NCBI GenBank assembly: GCA_963737155.1
Contig: CAVTRN010000002.1
Location: forward strand, 640,001-704,000
DNA length: 64,000 nt
Reading direction: 5' to 3'
From: Nitrospirota bacterium
Lineage (GTDB): Bacteria > Nitrospirota > UBA9217
Shown here: piece by piece, positions 50,868 through 60,807 of the stretch
Position numbering within the stretch: the stretch's first letter is position 1
Layout: each line of letters begins with the position of its first letter
Position numbers and translations under genes: made by a program
Notes under the pieces: generated by a model
What the model saw: the letters and a program-made list of their open reading frames with translations, nothing else
What the model was told of the DNA's origin: nothing
The model's database searches: none

Positions 50868-53228
50868 ATGGGAACAGGGACTGAGAATATCAGAACACGA
50901 AAAGAATTTGCTATCGACAAAAAATTATACGAAAGCATCATGGACGGGATTACGTCTGGTGTCTGGGTGGCGGACAAGAATAACGTCATCTACTATGCGA
51001 ATAAAGCAATGGAGATGATAGCAGGAGTGACGCAACAGAAACTGATCGGGTCAAAGGTCTTCCCTAATAACGCGGAGCATGCGACAAAGGAATTTAGGCT
51101 CCACTACGATGAGGCGCAGGAGACTCTTCGGCCGGTGTATTATTCCGGGGCCTCCATCCTTACGTCGGCGGGAAAGCAGACATACCAGTCGGGGTGGCTG
51201 ATTCCGAAGATGAAAAAAGGATCTTACGACGGCATGATCTGCACGGTTGAGGATATTACAAATGAGAAACAGACAAGGAAAGCGCTAAAAGAGAGTGAAG
51301 CCAAATATCAGCAGCTTGTGGAAAGCGCCAACAGCATTATTCTGTGGATGGACAGCAAAGGTGTTATTACGTTCATTAATCCTTTTGCACGAAATTTATT
51401 CGGTTACGGCGAGCAGGAGATTATTGGTAAAAATATCTTGGGAACTATCGTGCCAGCAACGGAAAGCACCAGGCGGAATATGGAGACCATGCTGCAAAAC
51501 ATCGGGAACAATCCCGAGCAACATTCGAGCACTGAATATGAGATAATCCGGAAGAACGGAGACACTGTCTGGATATCCTTGTCGAACAAGGCGCTCTTCA
51601 GCGATAGTGGAACAATGAGCGGTATCCTCTGCATAGGCAATGATGTAACGATCCAGAAGCACCACGAAGCCCTTCTGACAAAGTGGAGCAGTGAGCTGGA
51701 AGAGAGAGTGAAGCTCGGCACCCTGCAGCTCAGCATTGCGAACGAGGAGCTCCAGCAGGAGATCGTCGAGCGCAAATGGATGGAGCAGAGCCTGCGGAAA
51801 TCGGAAGAAAAATACCGTCTCGTGGTTGAGTATGCGAATGAAGGCATCCTGATAACGCAGGATAATTACTTCCAGTATTTGAATCCCAAGGCGGTAAAGA
51901 TTTTGGGGCATCCCAAGGAAGAACTCACAGAAAGGCCATTCACCGATTTCATCTATCCCGACGACAGGGCGATGGTGACGGAGCGGCATCTGAAGAGAAT
52001 CAAGGGGGACAGTGTACCGCATTATTATTCCTGCAGAATCGTGGATGGTGAAGGGAACACCAAATGGCTGGAGATCAACTCGGTCCTGATCACATGGATG
52101 GGCAGGCCCGCCACGCTCGCCTTCTTCAACAACATCACGGAACGAAAGAAGGCCGAGGAGATGCTGCGACTGACAGAATCGGCGATTCAGCAGGCGGGAG
52201 ACTCTGTCGTCATTACAACGGCGAACCCTGTACGCTCTTCATCACGCATCGTTTTTTTCAATCCGGCTTTTACCAAAATGACGGGATATACGGCGGAAGA
52301 AGTTACTGACAAGCTCTCGCTTTTCCAGGGGCCGTTCACCGACGTCACGCAGTGGAAAAAGCTGGAGTCCGGTACATCGCAGAGCAAGGCCTTTTATCTT
52401 GAGACGGTGGCCACCCGGAAAGACGGAACGCAGTTTAATATGGAATGGCAGATTACCCCTCTGCGAGATGAAAGGGGAAAGGTCACTCATTTTGTCTCGG
52501 TCCAGCGGGACATAACCGAGAGGAAAAAGATCGAGGGGCAGGTTCACGCCTACCAGGAGCAGCTGCGGCTCCTGGCCTCGGAGCTGCTGCTCGCCGAGGA
52601 GCGGGAGCGAAGGCGCATCGCCATGGACCTTCACGATAATATCGGGCAGATGCTCGCCTTAACGAGGATCAAGCTCGGGGTACTCAGAAAATCGCTGTCC
52701 CGGGACGTCCACGAGGATGCCGTTAGCGGCATCGTTGAGCTCATCGATCAGTCGATCAGTTACACGAAATCCTTGTCCTTTGAGCTGAGTCCGCCGCTTC
52801 TGTATGATATCGGCATCGAAGCGACAATCGAATGGCTCGCAGAACATATGCAGAAACAGCATTACATTCTGTTCTACTGCAAAAATGACGGCAGCCCCAA
52901 GCCCTTGATGCGGGATGTCAGCATTCTCCTGTTCCAGACCGTGCGGGAGCTGTTCATGAATATTGTGAAGCACTCCCAGGCGCACCAGGTGAATGTCGGC
53001 ATCAGCCGCGAAGCCGATGACATTAAAATCGTCGTCGAAGACGACGGGATCGGATTCGATGCTTCGAAGATCGACACAAGCAGGACCTTTGGATTCTTCA
53101 GTATTCGGGAACGGTTAAAGTACCTTGGTGGCTCCCTGTCAATTGATACAGTGCCCGGCAGGGGCACTCGGGTTACAGTAACCTCACCTCTTGGCCAAAA
53201 AGATGTGAGGGAAGGAGTATCGTTATGA
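50868..53228 (+). CDS. Cytoplasmic four-PAS sensor histidine kinase (HisKA_3, NarX/UhpB type)
   Basis: Four PAS/PAC repeats ending in DIT/DVT/NIT; EERERRRIAMDLHDNIGQ; NIVKHS, DDGIGF; no TM segment seen. Confidence 0.92.
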   Translation: MGTGTENIRTRKEFAIDKKLYESIMDGITSGVWVADKNNVIYYANKAMEMIAGVTQQKLIGSKVFPNNAEHATKEFRLHYDEAQETLRPVYYSGASILTSAGKQTYQSGWLIPKMKKGSYDGMICTVEDITNEKQTRKALKESEAKYQQLVESANSIILWMDSKGVITFINPFARNLFGYGEQEIIGKNILGTIVPATESTRRNMETMLQNIGNNPEQHSSTEYEIIRKNGDTVWISLSNKALFSDSGTMSGILCIGNDVTIQKHHEALLTKWSSELEERVKLGTLQLSIANEELQQEIVERKWMEQSLRKSEEKYRLVVEYANEGILITQDNYFQYLNPKAVKILGHPKEELTERPFTDFIYPDDRAMVTERHLKRIKGDSVPHYYSCRIVDGEGNTKWLEINSVLITWMGRPATLAFFNNITERKKAEEMLRLTESAIQQAGDSVVITTANPVRSSSRIVFFNPAFTKMTGYTAEEVTDKLSLFQGPFTDVTQWKKLESGTSQSKAFYLETVATRKDGTQFNMEWQITPLRDERGKVTHFVSVQRDITERKKIEGQVHAYQEQLRLLASELLLAEERERRRIAMDLHDNIGQMLALTRIKLGVLRKSLSRDVHEDAVSGIVELIDQSISYTKSLSFELSPPLLYDIGIEATIEWLAEHMQKQHYILFYCKNDGSPKPLMRDVSILLFQTVRELFMNIVKHSQAHQVNVGISREADDIKIVVEDDGIGFDASKIDTSRTFGFFSIRERLKYLGGSLSIDTVPGRGTRVTVTSPLGQKDVREGVSL

Positions 53229-53872
53229 AACTCAAGGTCCTTCTGGCCGACGACCACGTTATGATGCGCGGCGGCCTTCGAATGTTACTCGAGCAGAATC
53301 CGGAACTTGCGGTAGTTGGAGAAGCCGAGGACGGCAGGGAGACAGTCCGTTTAGTCAGAAAACTGTCGCCGGACGTGGTAATCATGGACATTGCCATGCC
53401 CGATATGAACGGCATCGAAGCCACGCGCCAGGTTCTTGAAGGGCATCCCGGCATTAAAGTGATTGCGCTCTCCATGCATTCCGAGCGGCATTTCGTATCG
53501 GAGATGCTGAAAGCCGGGGCTTCAGCCTATCTCCTCAAGCAATGTGCCGTCGATGAACTTCTCACTGCCATCAAGACGGTGATGAAGAACCAGACCTATC
53601 TCAGCTCCTGCATTTCCGGTATAGTTGTAGACCATTTTGTGCGCAATGCATCGAAATCGGAGTCTACCGCATTCTCCCACCTGACCGACCGGGAGCGGGA
53701 GGTTCTCCAGCTCATGGCCGAAGGAATGACCTCCAAAGCGATAGCCAGTCAGCTGAATCTGAGCATCAAGACCATCGAAAGTCACCGGATGAATATAATG
53801 GAAAAGCTCAATATCCATACCGTCGCTGAATTGACGAAATACGCGATCCGCGAAGGACTGACCTCACTTTAG
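53225..53872 (+). CDS. NarL/LuxR-family response regulator
   Basis: LADDH, MDIAMP, LTDREREVLQL…SIKTIESHR HTH; ATGA overlap with the kinase. Confidence 0.95.
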   Translation: MKLKVLLADDHVMMRGGLRMLLEQNPELAVVGEAEDGRETVRLVRKLSPDVVIMDIAMPDMNGIEATRQVLEGHPGIKVIALSMHSERHFVSEMLKAGASAYLLKQCAVDELLTAIKTVMKNQTYLSSCISGIVVDHFVRNASKSESTAFSHLTDREREVLQLMAEGMTSKAIASQLNLSIKTIESHRMNIMEKLNIHTVAELTKYAIREGLTSL

Positions 53873-53949
53873 CACACTCCGATGCTGCTCAGCGCAACGC
53901 TGGCAATTACCCCGTACAACTTTCTTTGTATCCAAGTACCTTTCACTTC

Positions 53950-53990
53950 ATCAGTATTTCTCCTCCCCTAAAATCAGGGTTCTCCCTATT
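53950..53990 (+). promoter_or_regulatory. Candidate response-regulator binding sites upstream of the methyltransferase operon
   Basis: ATCAGTATTTCTCCT and ATCAGGGTTCTCCCT start 23 bp apart; the second lies in an imperfect palindrome (AATCAGGG-TTCT-CCCTATT). Confidence 0.35.
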
Positions 53991-54112
53991 TGTTTTCCAC
54001 TGGCAAAAAGATACATTAATGATCATACGAAGCAGTGTTCCCGGTCAAGCCCGGACCTGCTCACAAAAGCAATCATAATATGCAAACAAAAGACAAAGAG
54101 AAAGGAGTTTAT

Positions 54113-55147
54113 ATGGCAAACAAACTGACACCGAGGGAGAGGGTGCTGAAGTTACTTCATGGGGAACAGGTTGACCGTCCTCCCATCTTCAGTGGAATGG
54201 GAAACGTCATCAAGCCGGTATTCGATAAATACGGGATCCTATTTTCAAAGGTTCACCGGGACCCTGAACTCATGGCAAAAGCAGCTGGAGGGATGTACCG
54301 CGAGTACGGTTTTGAAGGCGCCGTCGTACCTTTCGACCTCGGAGTCGAGGCAGAAGTGCTTGGAGCGAAGCTAAATTTTTACGATGATGTCGAAGGCATC
54401 CTGTATCCGACCGTGAAAGAAAAGTCCGTGAAGGATGCGAGTGACGTACACATTCCCGACGATCTTGCACATGCCGGCAGGTTGCCGGTGGTGGTCGGCG
54501 CGATAAAGGCTCTGCGCAGGGAGCTGGGAAACGACGTGGCCATCGGGACTTATGTTCTCGGACCCTTTACCCTCGCCGGCCAGGTCAAGGAGCTCGATGC
54601 CCTCTACGAAGAATCTTTTCTCGAGCCGGAAAAGACCAGCAAATTGCTGGAGAGGCTCTCTGATTTCATCATCCGGATCTTCAAGATCTACCAGGCTGCG
54701 GGAGCGGACTATTTCACTCTCAGAGAAATGGGAGGAACTTCGGATGTCATGAGTCCTAGGAGCTTCAAGAGCCTTATTAAACCTCATTTGCAGAGGATAC
54801 TCTCTGAGATGCCCCGGCCCAGCATTCTTCATATCTGCGGAGACACGAACGCCATCATAATCGACATGGCAGAGTGTGGGGCCGATGCGGTCAGCGTGGA
54901 CCACAAGAACTGTCTGACTGAGACAAGACAGAAGCTGGGGCCGAAAGCCATTATCCTGGGCAATTTCGACCCCATCAAGGTCCTCCACAAGGGAGCAGCT
55001 AAAGATGTGGGCCCCGCCGTCATCGAATCTATCAATGGCGGGGCGAATGCTGTATGGCCCGGTTGTGACCTGTGGCCTGAGGTGTCGAAGGAAAATATGG
55101 AAGCGCTTATGAATGCTTTGAAAGAAATCAACGTAAAGGTCGCCTGA
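54113..55147 (+). CDS. MtaA/CmuA-family (UroD-fold) corrinoid methyltransferase 1
   Basis: AAAGGAG RBS; LTPRERV, DLGVEAEVLG, GPFTLA; zinc motif LHICG…PGCD; GNFDP. Confidence 0.88.
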   Translation: MANKLTPRERVLKLLHGEQVDRPPIFSGMGNVIKPVFDKYGILFSKVHRDPELMAKAAGGMYREYGFEGAVVPFDLGVEAEVLGAKLNFYDDVEGILYPTVKEKSVKDASDVHIPDDLAHAGRLPVVVGAIKALRRELGNDVAIGTYVLGPFTLAGQVKELDALYEESFLEPEKTSKLLERLSDFIIRIFKIYQAAGADYFTLREMGGTSDVMSPRSFKSLIKPHLQRILSEMPRPSILHICGDTNAIIIDMAECGADAVSVDHKNCLTETRQKLGPKAIILGNFDPIKVLHKGAAKDVGPAVIESINGGANAVWPGCDLWPEVSKENMEALMNALKEINVKVA

Positions 55148-55170
55148 CCGGAAGGTATGGAACTAATCCA

Positions 55171-55788
55171 ATGCGGCTCGTGCAAGTGGCGGGATGGCTC
55201 GGCTCGGGGAAGACGACCCTGATTATAGCCCTCAGTAAGGGGCTTTCTCAAAAGGGTGTTAAGGTCGCTGTACTCGTGAACGAGATCGGCGCAATTCCAG
55301 TAGACGGCAGAGTGATCCAGGACTATGGTCTCACGGTGAAGGACCTCGGAGGGGGCTGTATCTGCTGTCAAATGGCAGGCAGCATGATGAAGACGCTGAG
55401 ACTCCTTCGGGAAGGACCGAATCCCGATGTTGTCATTCTCGAGCCCTCGGGCATCGCGGTGCCGCATGCGGTCAAGGAAACGATTCTCTCTACGTCGCCA
55501 TCCAGAGAGATAACCCTTGGCCCGACAATCGTGCTATTCGACACCACGCGCGCAACAAAGCTCTTGGGCTATGAAACGTTACAAAGAGTCATCACCACCC
55601 AGTTAAAAGACGCTGATATCATCGCGCTTAGCAAAAGCGATGCGATAGCGGGTGAGGCTTTTGCGAAGGCAGGTGAATCGGTTCGAGCTATCAACCCTCG
55701 CGCGCAGATCATCCGCCTGTCGGTGACGAACGGTGACGGGATGGCGGCACTCACTCAGGCGGTGGAGGAGATGGCCATACAGGCATGA
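55171..55788 (+). CDS. G3E-family P-loop GTPase metallochaperone (CobW/HypB/UreG nucleotide-binding domain)
   Basis: GWLGSGKTT, VNEIG, GGCICC metal motif, EPSG, SKSD. Confidence 0.88.
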   Translation: MRLVQVAGWLGSGKTTLIIALSKGLSQKGVKVAVLVNEIGAIPVDGRVIQDYGLTVKDLGGGCICCQMAGSMMKTLRLLREGPNPDVVILEPSGIAVPHAVKETILSTSPSREITLGPTIVLFDTTRATKLLGYETLQRVITTQLKDADIIALSKSDAIAGEAFAKAGESVRAINPRAQIIRLSVTNGDGMAALTQAVEEMAIQA

Positions 55789-56198
55789 ACAACCTTCGGA
55801 TACATCCTCTTCATGAGGGCACGAGCGCCTATGCGACGGCCTGTTTCCTGTCGAGAGGAGGCAATATGGATAGCGCAGAGCTGCGCAGATTTGCGGAACG
55901 GTTGATGCATGCCATCTCGTCCTCTTCGATTAAGCGGGGCGCCAAGGTGATCGGGCACATCAAGGCTTACATTGAGCACCAGGATGGTTTCCTCCATGCC
56001 CATACCGTCGGAGAACCGGGAGACATCACCGTCGACGGCAGGGACGCAGGCCCGGTGGGACGGTTCAAACTCGTCGTGAATGCTATCATCTTCGGGCTCT
56101 CTGAGGAAGCGGTTAAGAACGCCGCGGATGAAGCAATCCGGGAAACTGCGGCCCTTTTCGATCTCGTGTGGGAGCCGGCCGGTTTATCAGGGGAATAA
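55785..56198 (+). CDS. Hypothetical protein with IGHIK motif, coupled to the G3E GTPase
   Basis: ATGA overlap; VIGHIKAY, LHAH, VNAIIFGL. Confidence 0.7.
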   Translation: MNNLRIHPLHEGTSAYATACFLSRGGNMDSAELRRFAERLMHAISSSSIKRGAKVIGHIKAYIEHQDGFLHAHTVGEPGDITVDGRDAGPVGRFKLVVNAIIFGLSEEAVKNAADEAIRETAALFDLVWEPAGLSGE

Positions 56199-56216
56199 AA
56201 AAGGAGAAAGATCACC

Positions 56217-57047
56217 ATGCGAGATACCATCCATCAAATACCGCTCGAGATCAACATGCAGGATTATCGGGTCATGAAGGAACCTTTTTATCTTCCCGTG
56301 CAGGACGAGGTGAAACTCTTCGAGATCGCCTATGAAAACAAGCTACCGTTGATGCTGAAAGGCCCCACGGGCTGCGGCAAGACAAGGTTCCTTTCCTACA
56401 TGGCGTATAAACAGGGCCTTCCCCTTATCACGGTGGGATGCCATGAAGACCTTACCGCCAGCGATCTTGTCGGCCGATATCTCCTCGATGGGGCCTCCAC
56501 GCGCTGGCAGGATGGCCCGATAACCCTTGCGGTCAAACATGGCGGGATCTGCTATCTCGACGAGATTGTTGAGGCGAGGAAGGACACCACGGTACTTATC
56601 CATCCCCTGACTGATGACAGGCGGGTCCTGCCGATTGAGAAGCGGGGTCAGATCATCGAAGCGGCGGACAATTTCATGATCGCCATTTCCTACAACCCCG
56701 GTTATCAGACGGTGCTCAAGGACCTCAAGCAGAGCACCAAGCAGCGCTTTATTTCGATCGATTTCGACTACCCGCCTGCACAGATTGAAGAAGAGATCAT
56801 CGTCCACGAGAGTGGCGTAGACCGAAACAATGCAGCGGTTCTTAGGAAGATCGCGGAAAAATTCCGCGCCATGAAGGGGCGGGGACTGGACGAAGGGGTA
56901 AGCACGAGGCTCCTGATCTATGCGGGGGTATTGATCCTGAAGGGAGTCGATCCCCGGCGGGCAAGCAGCGTTGCCCTCATAAAACCGATCACCGACGACC
57001 CGGAGATCCAGAAGACACTGGAAGAGATCGTCGCAGCGGTCGTGTAG
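56217..57047 (+). CDS. CbbQ/NirQ/NorQ-family MoxR AAA+ ATPase
   Basis: EPFY, Walker [22 protein letters not shown], Walker [30 protein letters not shown]. Confidence 0.93.
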   Translation: MRDTIHQIPLEINMQDYRVMKEPFYLPVQDEVKLFEIAYENKLPLMLKGPTGCGKTRFLSYMAYKQGLPLITVGCHEDLTASDLVGRYLLDGASTRWQDGPITLAVKHGGICYLDEIVEARKDTTVLIHPLTDDRRVLPIEKRGQIIEAADNFMIAISYNPGYQTVLKDLKQSTKQRFISIDFDYPPAQIEEEIIVHESGVDRNNAAVLRKIAEKFRAMKGRGLDEGVSTRLLIYAGVLILKGVDPRRASSVALIKPITDDPEIQKTLEEIVAAVV

Positions 57048-57059
57048 GCGGATGACCTA

Positions 57060-59771
57060 ATGAGAGAGAATGGCATGGAAACCGGGCAGGCAGTCATTGC
57101 GGAGTTGGAGCAAACTCTAATCGATAAGATTGGTCATGATGAGGCTGCCCTTAAAACCATTGCCAGAGTAAGGGAACTCCTCGATGAACAGGGGAGGAAA
57201 GCATACCTCCTTCTCGTTGAGTCCTTCCTTTCTGTGGACGCTCCCTTTGCGAATCTCCTGATCAGAACCGGATACGAGACGCTATCCAGCATCCAGGGGC
57301 GGTCAGACCGCCGCGAGTCCCTCGAAGCGCTCCTCGGAATGGGAAGATCGAAATGGAGCGTCGTGGAACATGCCTACCTAAAGCTGCCGCAAATCGGCAG
57401 TGTTCCGGGTGAGTTCGTTCCCCGATGGCTGGGTTGGGGCAGAAGCCTTGCCGACATCGACCAGGACGTGGCGTTGCAGTATTTTGACTCCAGTCCAGCC
57501 GTGATAGGGAACATTGGCCATGAAAGAATGGAACGCTGGGCGCTGTCCGGTCTCGCGCTGGCAAAGAAGTCATGGAAGGCGGCAAGGGAATATTTCAAGT
57601 CGAGCCCGGAAATCACCAAAAAGATGGACCTCTGCGATCTCGATCGATGGGCGCGTATCGGCATGTATCTGATTGAAAAGAGTCCCCAGATGAAAGCTGG
57701 CTATGATGCCCATAGTCTCCTCGCGCAGGGCACCGGAGCAGGCAAGTCAAAGATCATGGATTCGGCCGTCCAATATTTCAAATCGGCCCCCCAGATACTG
57801 GGAAGACTTTCCCTGGATGATCTGGAAAACTGGGTGCAGAAGGGACTCGAGATCACCGGCACCGGAAACCGGAAGGGCGAGGCATACTTCTCCCTCAGGA
57901 CAAGCGCGAGCCATAAGGAGATGGATTTTCTCGTAAAGGGCATGGAGCTTAAGGACATTCATACGGTCCTCGACTCCTATGCAGAGTCCCTCATGGGACG
58001 GAAGGTGCGGATACGATCATCCTCTGTCTTTTACAAGAACCTGCCAGGGCTCGGCAGGTCATTCTCGGTGTCTGATGGATCGAGGGTTTTTATTCCGTCC
58101 CGCATGGAGATTTTCAACGAAGAAGAGCTCAATTTCAAAACCTATAAATGGGTGTTGACCCACGAACTCTCCCATCTCCTGTTCGGGACGTTTGCGATCA
58201 CCCAGGACGATAGGAAGCACCTCGCACAGTTCCAAGCCGCAGTTCCGTCATTCAAGATTTTTGAATTTCTCGAGGATGAGCGTGTTGACTTTCTTATGGG
58301 ACATCTTTATCCCGGTCTCGAAAAGGACAGGCAACTTATCATGAATGCGTTTGCCGCACAAATGGGCCGGAAGGACGAGCTCGGGCGGTCAGTCTTCGCG
58401 TCCGTCGGATTCCGGTTATCGGAAAAGCCGGATTCCTCGTCCCTTCGTCATAATCGTCTCAGTGGGCTCCTCTGCGAGGCGGTCTCCCGGGTGACGGTCC
58501 CGGATTGTACCATTCAAGACGTCCTTGCCCTCACCCTTAGGCTCTGCGAGGCGTGGGACGGCGCGGCCGCTTGTGAGCCCGGTGAAAGTCGGGAAACGGC
58601 AGACCGTCTCTTTTACCGCGGAGTACTCGATTTCAAGCTCGTTGAAGAGACGCGCATCGGCATGTCGAATCTGGTTGCCGGGATGGTCGAGCGTTTCCGG
58701 GAAAATAATAATGGGGCAACTCCTTTGAACATCGAGAAGGCTCTCGACAGGATCGATGAAGCCGAAGGTCCGGAATCTGAGATGCTCCTTTGGCAGATAA
58801 CGGACCCCGACGGCCTGGCGGAGCTCGCCCAACAGGTGGAGAGCGAACTCGAGGAAATTGAAAAGGAGAGTCGCTTCAGAAGGACCGTGCTCTACGACGA
58901 GTGGGACAACACCCTGGAGGACTACAAAAAGGAATGGTGCCGGGTGAGAGAGATTGATATGCCCTCCACATCACTCCTGTTTTACGACCGGACGGTGCAA
59001 CAGTATTACGGTATGGTCAGTCTCTTGCGGAGGCATTTCGGACTGCTTCGGCCCGACCGGATAAAACGTTATTTCCGCGAAGAGCGCGGGGATGACCTCG
59101 ATATTGATGCCCTCATCGAATCGGTTGTTGAGCGCCATGCGGGGATAACCCCCTCGGACCGCGTGTACATTCGCCGCGATAAGAAACTGCGTGACGTCTC
59201 GGTTGCCTTTCTCGTGGACATGAGCTTTTCGACCGGCGAAGCGCTCCCTTCAGGAAAAAGGATCATCGACGTCGAAAGTGAAGGGCTCGTCTTGATGGCC
59301 GAAGCCCTCGAAAGCATCGGCGACAGGTGGGCGGTATACGGATTTTCCACGGAGCGGAGAGACAAGGTGGATTTCTATGTGATCCGCGATTTCGATGAGC
59401 CTTTTAACGATGACGTGAAGATGCGCTTTGAGGGCATCAAACCCATGGCACAGACGAGGCTCGGAGCGGCCATCCGGCATGCAAACCGGTTGCTTGGGCG
59501 GCAGGATTCACTGATCCGGCTCCTGATCCTTCTCTCCGACGGCAGGCCCTATGACGTCGACTACGGAGACGTGGACTACGCAGTGGAGGACACGAAAATG
59601 GCCCTTTGGGAGGGCAGGGCCAAAGGGATCAGTTCCTACTGCATCACCGTCGATAAAAAGTCCAGGGACTATCTGCCCCATATGTATGGAGAGGCAAACT
59701 ACACCATCATCGACAACATCGATGCGCTGCCGATCAGCCTCCCCTTGATATATAAAAAACTTACCGTGTAG
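57060..59771 (+). CDS. NorD/CbbO-family VWA-domain adaptor protein
   Basis: N-terminal helical repeats (YFxSxP); HELSH…LEDERV; YDEWD…WC; MIDAS DMSFS, TRLGAAIRH, LSDGRP. Confidence 0.9.
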   Translation: MRENGMETGQAVIAELEQTLIDKIGHDEAALKTIARVRELLDEQGRKAYLLLVESFLSVDAPFANLLIRTGYETLSSIQGRSDRRESLEALLGMGRSKWSVVEHAYLKLPQIGSVPGEFVPRWLGWGRSLADIDQDVALQYFDSSPAVIGNIGHERMERWALSGLALAKKSWKAAREYFKSSPEITKKMDLCDLDRWARIGMYLIEKSPQMKAGYDAHSLLAQGTGAGKSKIMDSAVQYFKSAPQILGRLSLDDLENWVQKGLEITGTGNRKGEAYFSLRTSASHKEMDFLVKGMELKDIHTVLDSYAESLMGRKVRIRSSSVFYKNLPGLGRSFSVSDGSRVFIPSRMEIFNEEELNFKTYKWVLTHELSHLLFGTFAITQDDRKHLAQFQAAVPSFKIFEFLEDERVDFLMGHLYPGLEKDRQLIMNAFAAQMGRKDELGRSVFASVGFRLSEKPDSSSLRHNRLSGLLCEAVSRVTVPDCTIQDVLALTLRLCEAWDGAAACEPGESRETADRLFYRGVLDFKLVEETRIGMSNLVAGMVERFRENNNGATPLNIEKALDRIDEAEGPESEMLLWQITDPDGLAELAQQVESELEEIEKESRFRRTVLYDEWDNTLEDYKKEWCRVREIDMPSTSLLFYDRTVQQYYGMVSLLRRHFGLLRPDRIKRYFREERGDDLDIDALIESVVERHAGITPSDRVYIRRDKKLRDVSVAFLVDMSFSTGEALPSGKRIIDVESEGLVLMAEALESIGDRWAVYGFSTERRDKVDFYVIRDFDEPFNDDVKMRFEGIKPMAQTRLGAAIRHANRLLGRQDSLIRLLILLSDGRPYDVDYGDVDYAVEDTKMALWEGRAKGISSYCITVDKKSRDYLPHMYGEANYTIIDNIDALPISLPLIYKKLTV

Positions 59772-59779
59772 AAAGGAGA

Positions 59780-60019
59780 ATGACCATGGAAGTCTGTTAC
59801 AAATGCGGAAGAGCGGCTGAATACATTTGCCCCGATTGCGGGACGAAGGTCTGCAAGGCGCATATGGAGCTCCGGTATGCGGGACCGGACCGGGGTTTCA
59901 AGTCCCGTTATATGTGCCCGGAATGCTGGAAAGTCAAGAGGAAGATGCTGAACGAGCAAATGATAAAAGCGCAGCAGTATTTGGCGAAACAGTATTTCTT
60001 TTTTCCAGGAAAAGGTTAG
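59780..60019 (+). CDS. Small zinc-finger-like protein (79 aa)
   Basis: GAAAGGAG RBS; CxxC-x7-CxxC-x4-CxxH…CxxC. Confidence 0.75.
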   Translation: MTMEVCYKCGRAAEYICPDCGTKVCKAHMELRYAGPDRGFKSRYMCPECWKVKRKMLNEQMIKAQQYLAKQYFFFPGKG

Positions 60020-60031
60020 GGCAGGGGTGGC

Positions 60032-60730
60032 ATGCGGACACTGACAGCAACAGCGAAAAAAACGACGCGGGAGCGAGCGGCCGGTCGCGAAAAAATCAGA
60101 CAGCTTGAATGCTTTTCGATCGAACGCGGGGCGTACCGTGCACGGGCATTTTCCGCTCGAGGGGTCGTCATCGATGAACGGGTGAGGTTGAAGTGCCAGA
60201 TACCGCTCTGTCCTCACTATGGCAGAACGCTTACCTGCCCGCCCAACGTTCCTCCCTTTGAAGAATTCGTCAAAGCCGTGCGGCGTTATCAGACAGCCCT
60301 GCTCGTACAGACCCGGAGCGCACTGACTGGCGATATCGCGGTCTGCGACAGAGAGGAGGTCTTGAAATTCTTCGCGTCTCCGGGTGCGGCACAAAAGGAA
60401 AAAGGAGGTGAAAAGACTGGAACCGGCCAGAATCTTGACGCCATGAAGATCGCAGCTATTCGGCTGCACAAGCTCGTGAACGAGGTGGAACAAAAGGCCA
60501 TGTCCATGGGTTTTCCCTACGCGTTGGGACTCATAGGCGGTGAGTGTATGCTGTGCCAGGAATGTGCTGGCGCGGGTTCGGGAAAGGCATGCCGGCGTCC
60601 CTATGAAGCACGGCCTTCCATGGAGGGAGTCGGGATCGATGTCATCAAGACGAGCGCCGCGGCGGGGCTGCCCTTCGAACTACCCCCGAAACAGGAGATC
60701 GTCTGGTCAGGTTTAATACTGATCGATTAA
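60032..60730 (+). CDS. DUF2284-like predicted metal-binding protein
   Basis: DERVRLKC-x3-C-x2-YG-x3-CPP; GECMLCQEC; CRRP-ARPSMEGVGIDV. Confidence 0.85.
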   Translation: MRTLTATAKKTTRERAAGREKIRQLECFSIERGAYRARAFSARGVVIDERVRLKCQIPLCPHYGRTLTCPPNVPPFEEFVKAVRRYQTALLVQTRSALTGDIAVCDREEVLKFFASPGAAQKEKGGEKTGTGQNLDAMKIAAIRLHKLVNEVEQKAMSMGFPYALGLIGGECMLCQECAGAGSGKACRRPYEARPSMEGVGIDVIKTSAAAGLPFELPPKQEIVWSGLILID

Positions 60731-60807
60731 GGCAGGAGACGGTCTTGCATGGTCAAGGCTGTCTGGAAACCACATTGTTAGGTGCACAACGACCACAGGA
60801 GGCAAAT

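Noticed and set aside
56217-59771. Naming the pair norQ/norD or cbbQ/cbbO
   Set aside because: No NO reductase or Rubisco genes are in the window; only family membership is supported.
60731-60800. Cobalamin riboswitch (CAGGAGAC resembles part of the B12 box); also checked 62704-62849 and 53873-54112
   Set aside because: The conserved GGGAA and GCCCCCGC(A/C)ACTGT core elements are absent.
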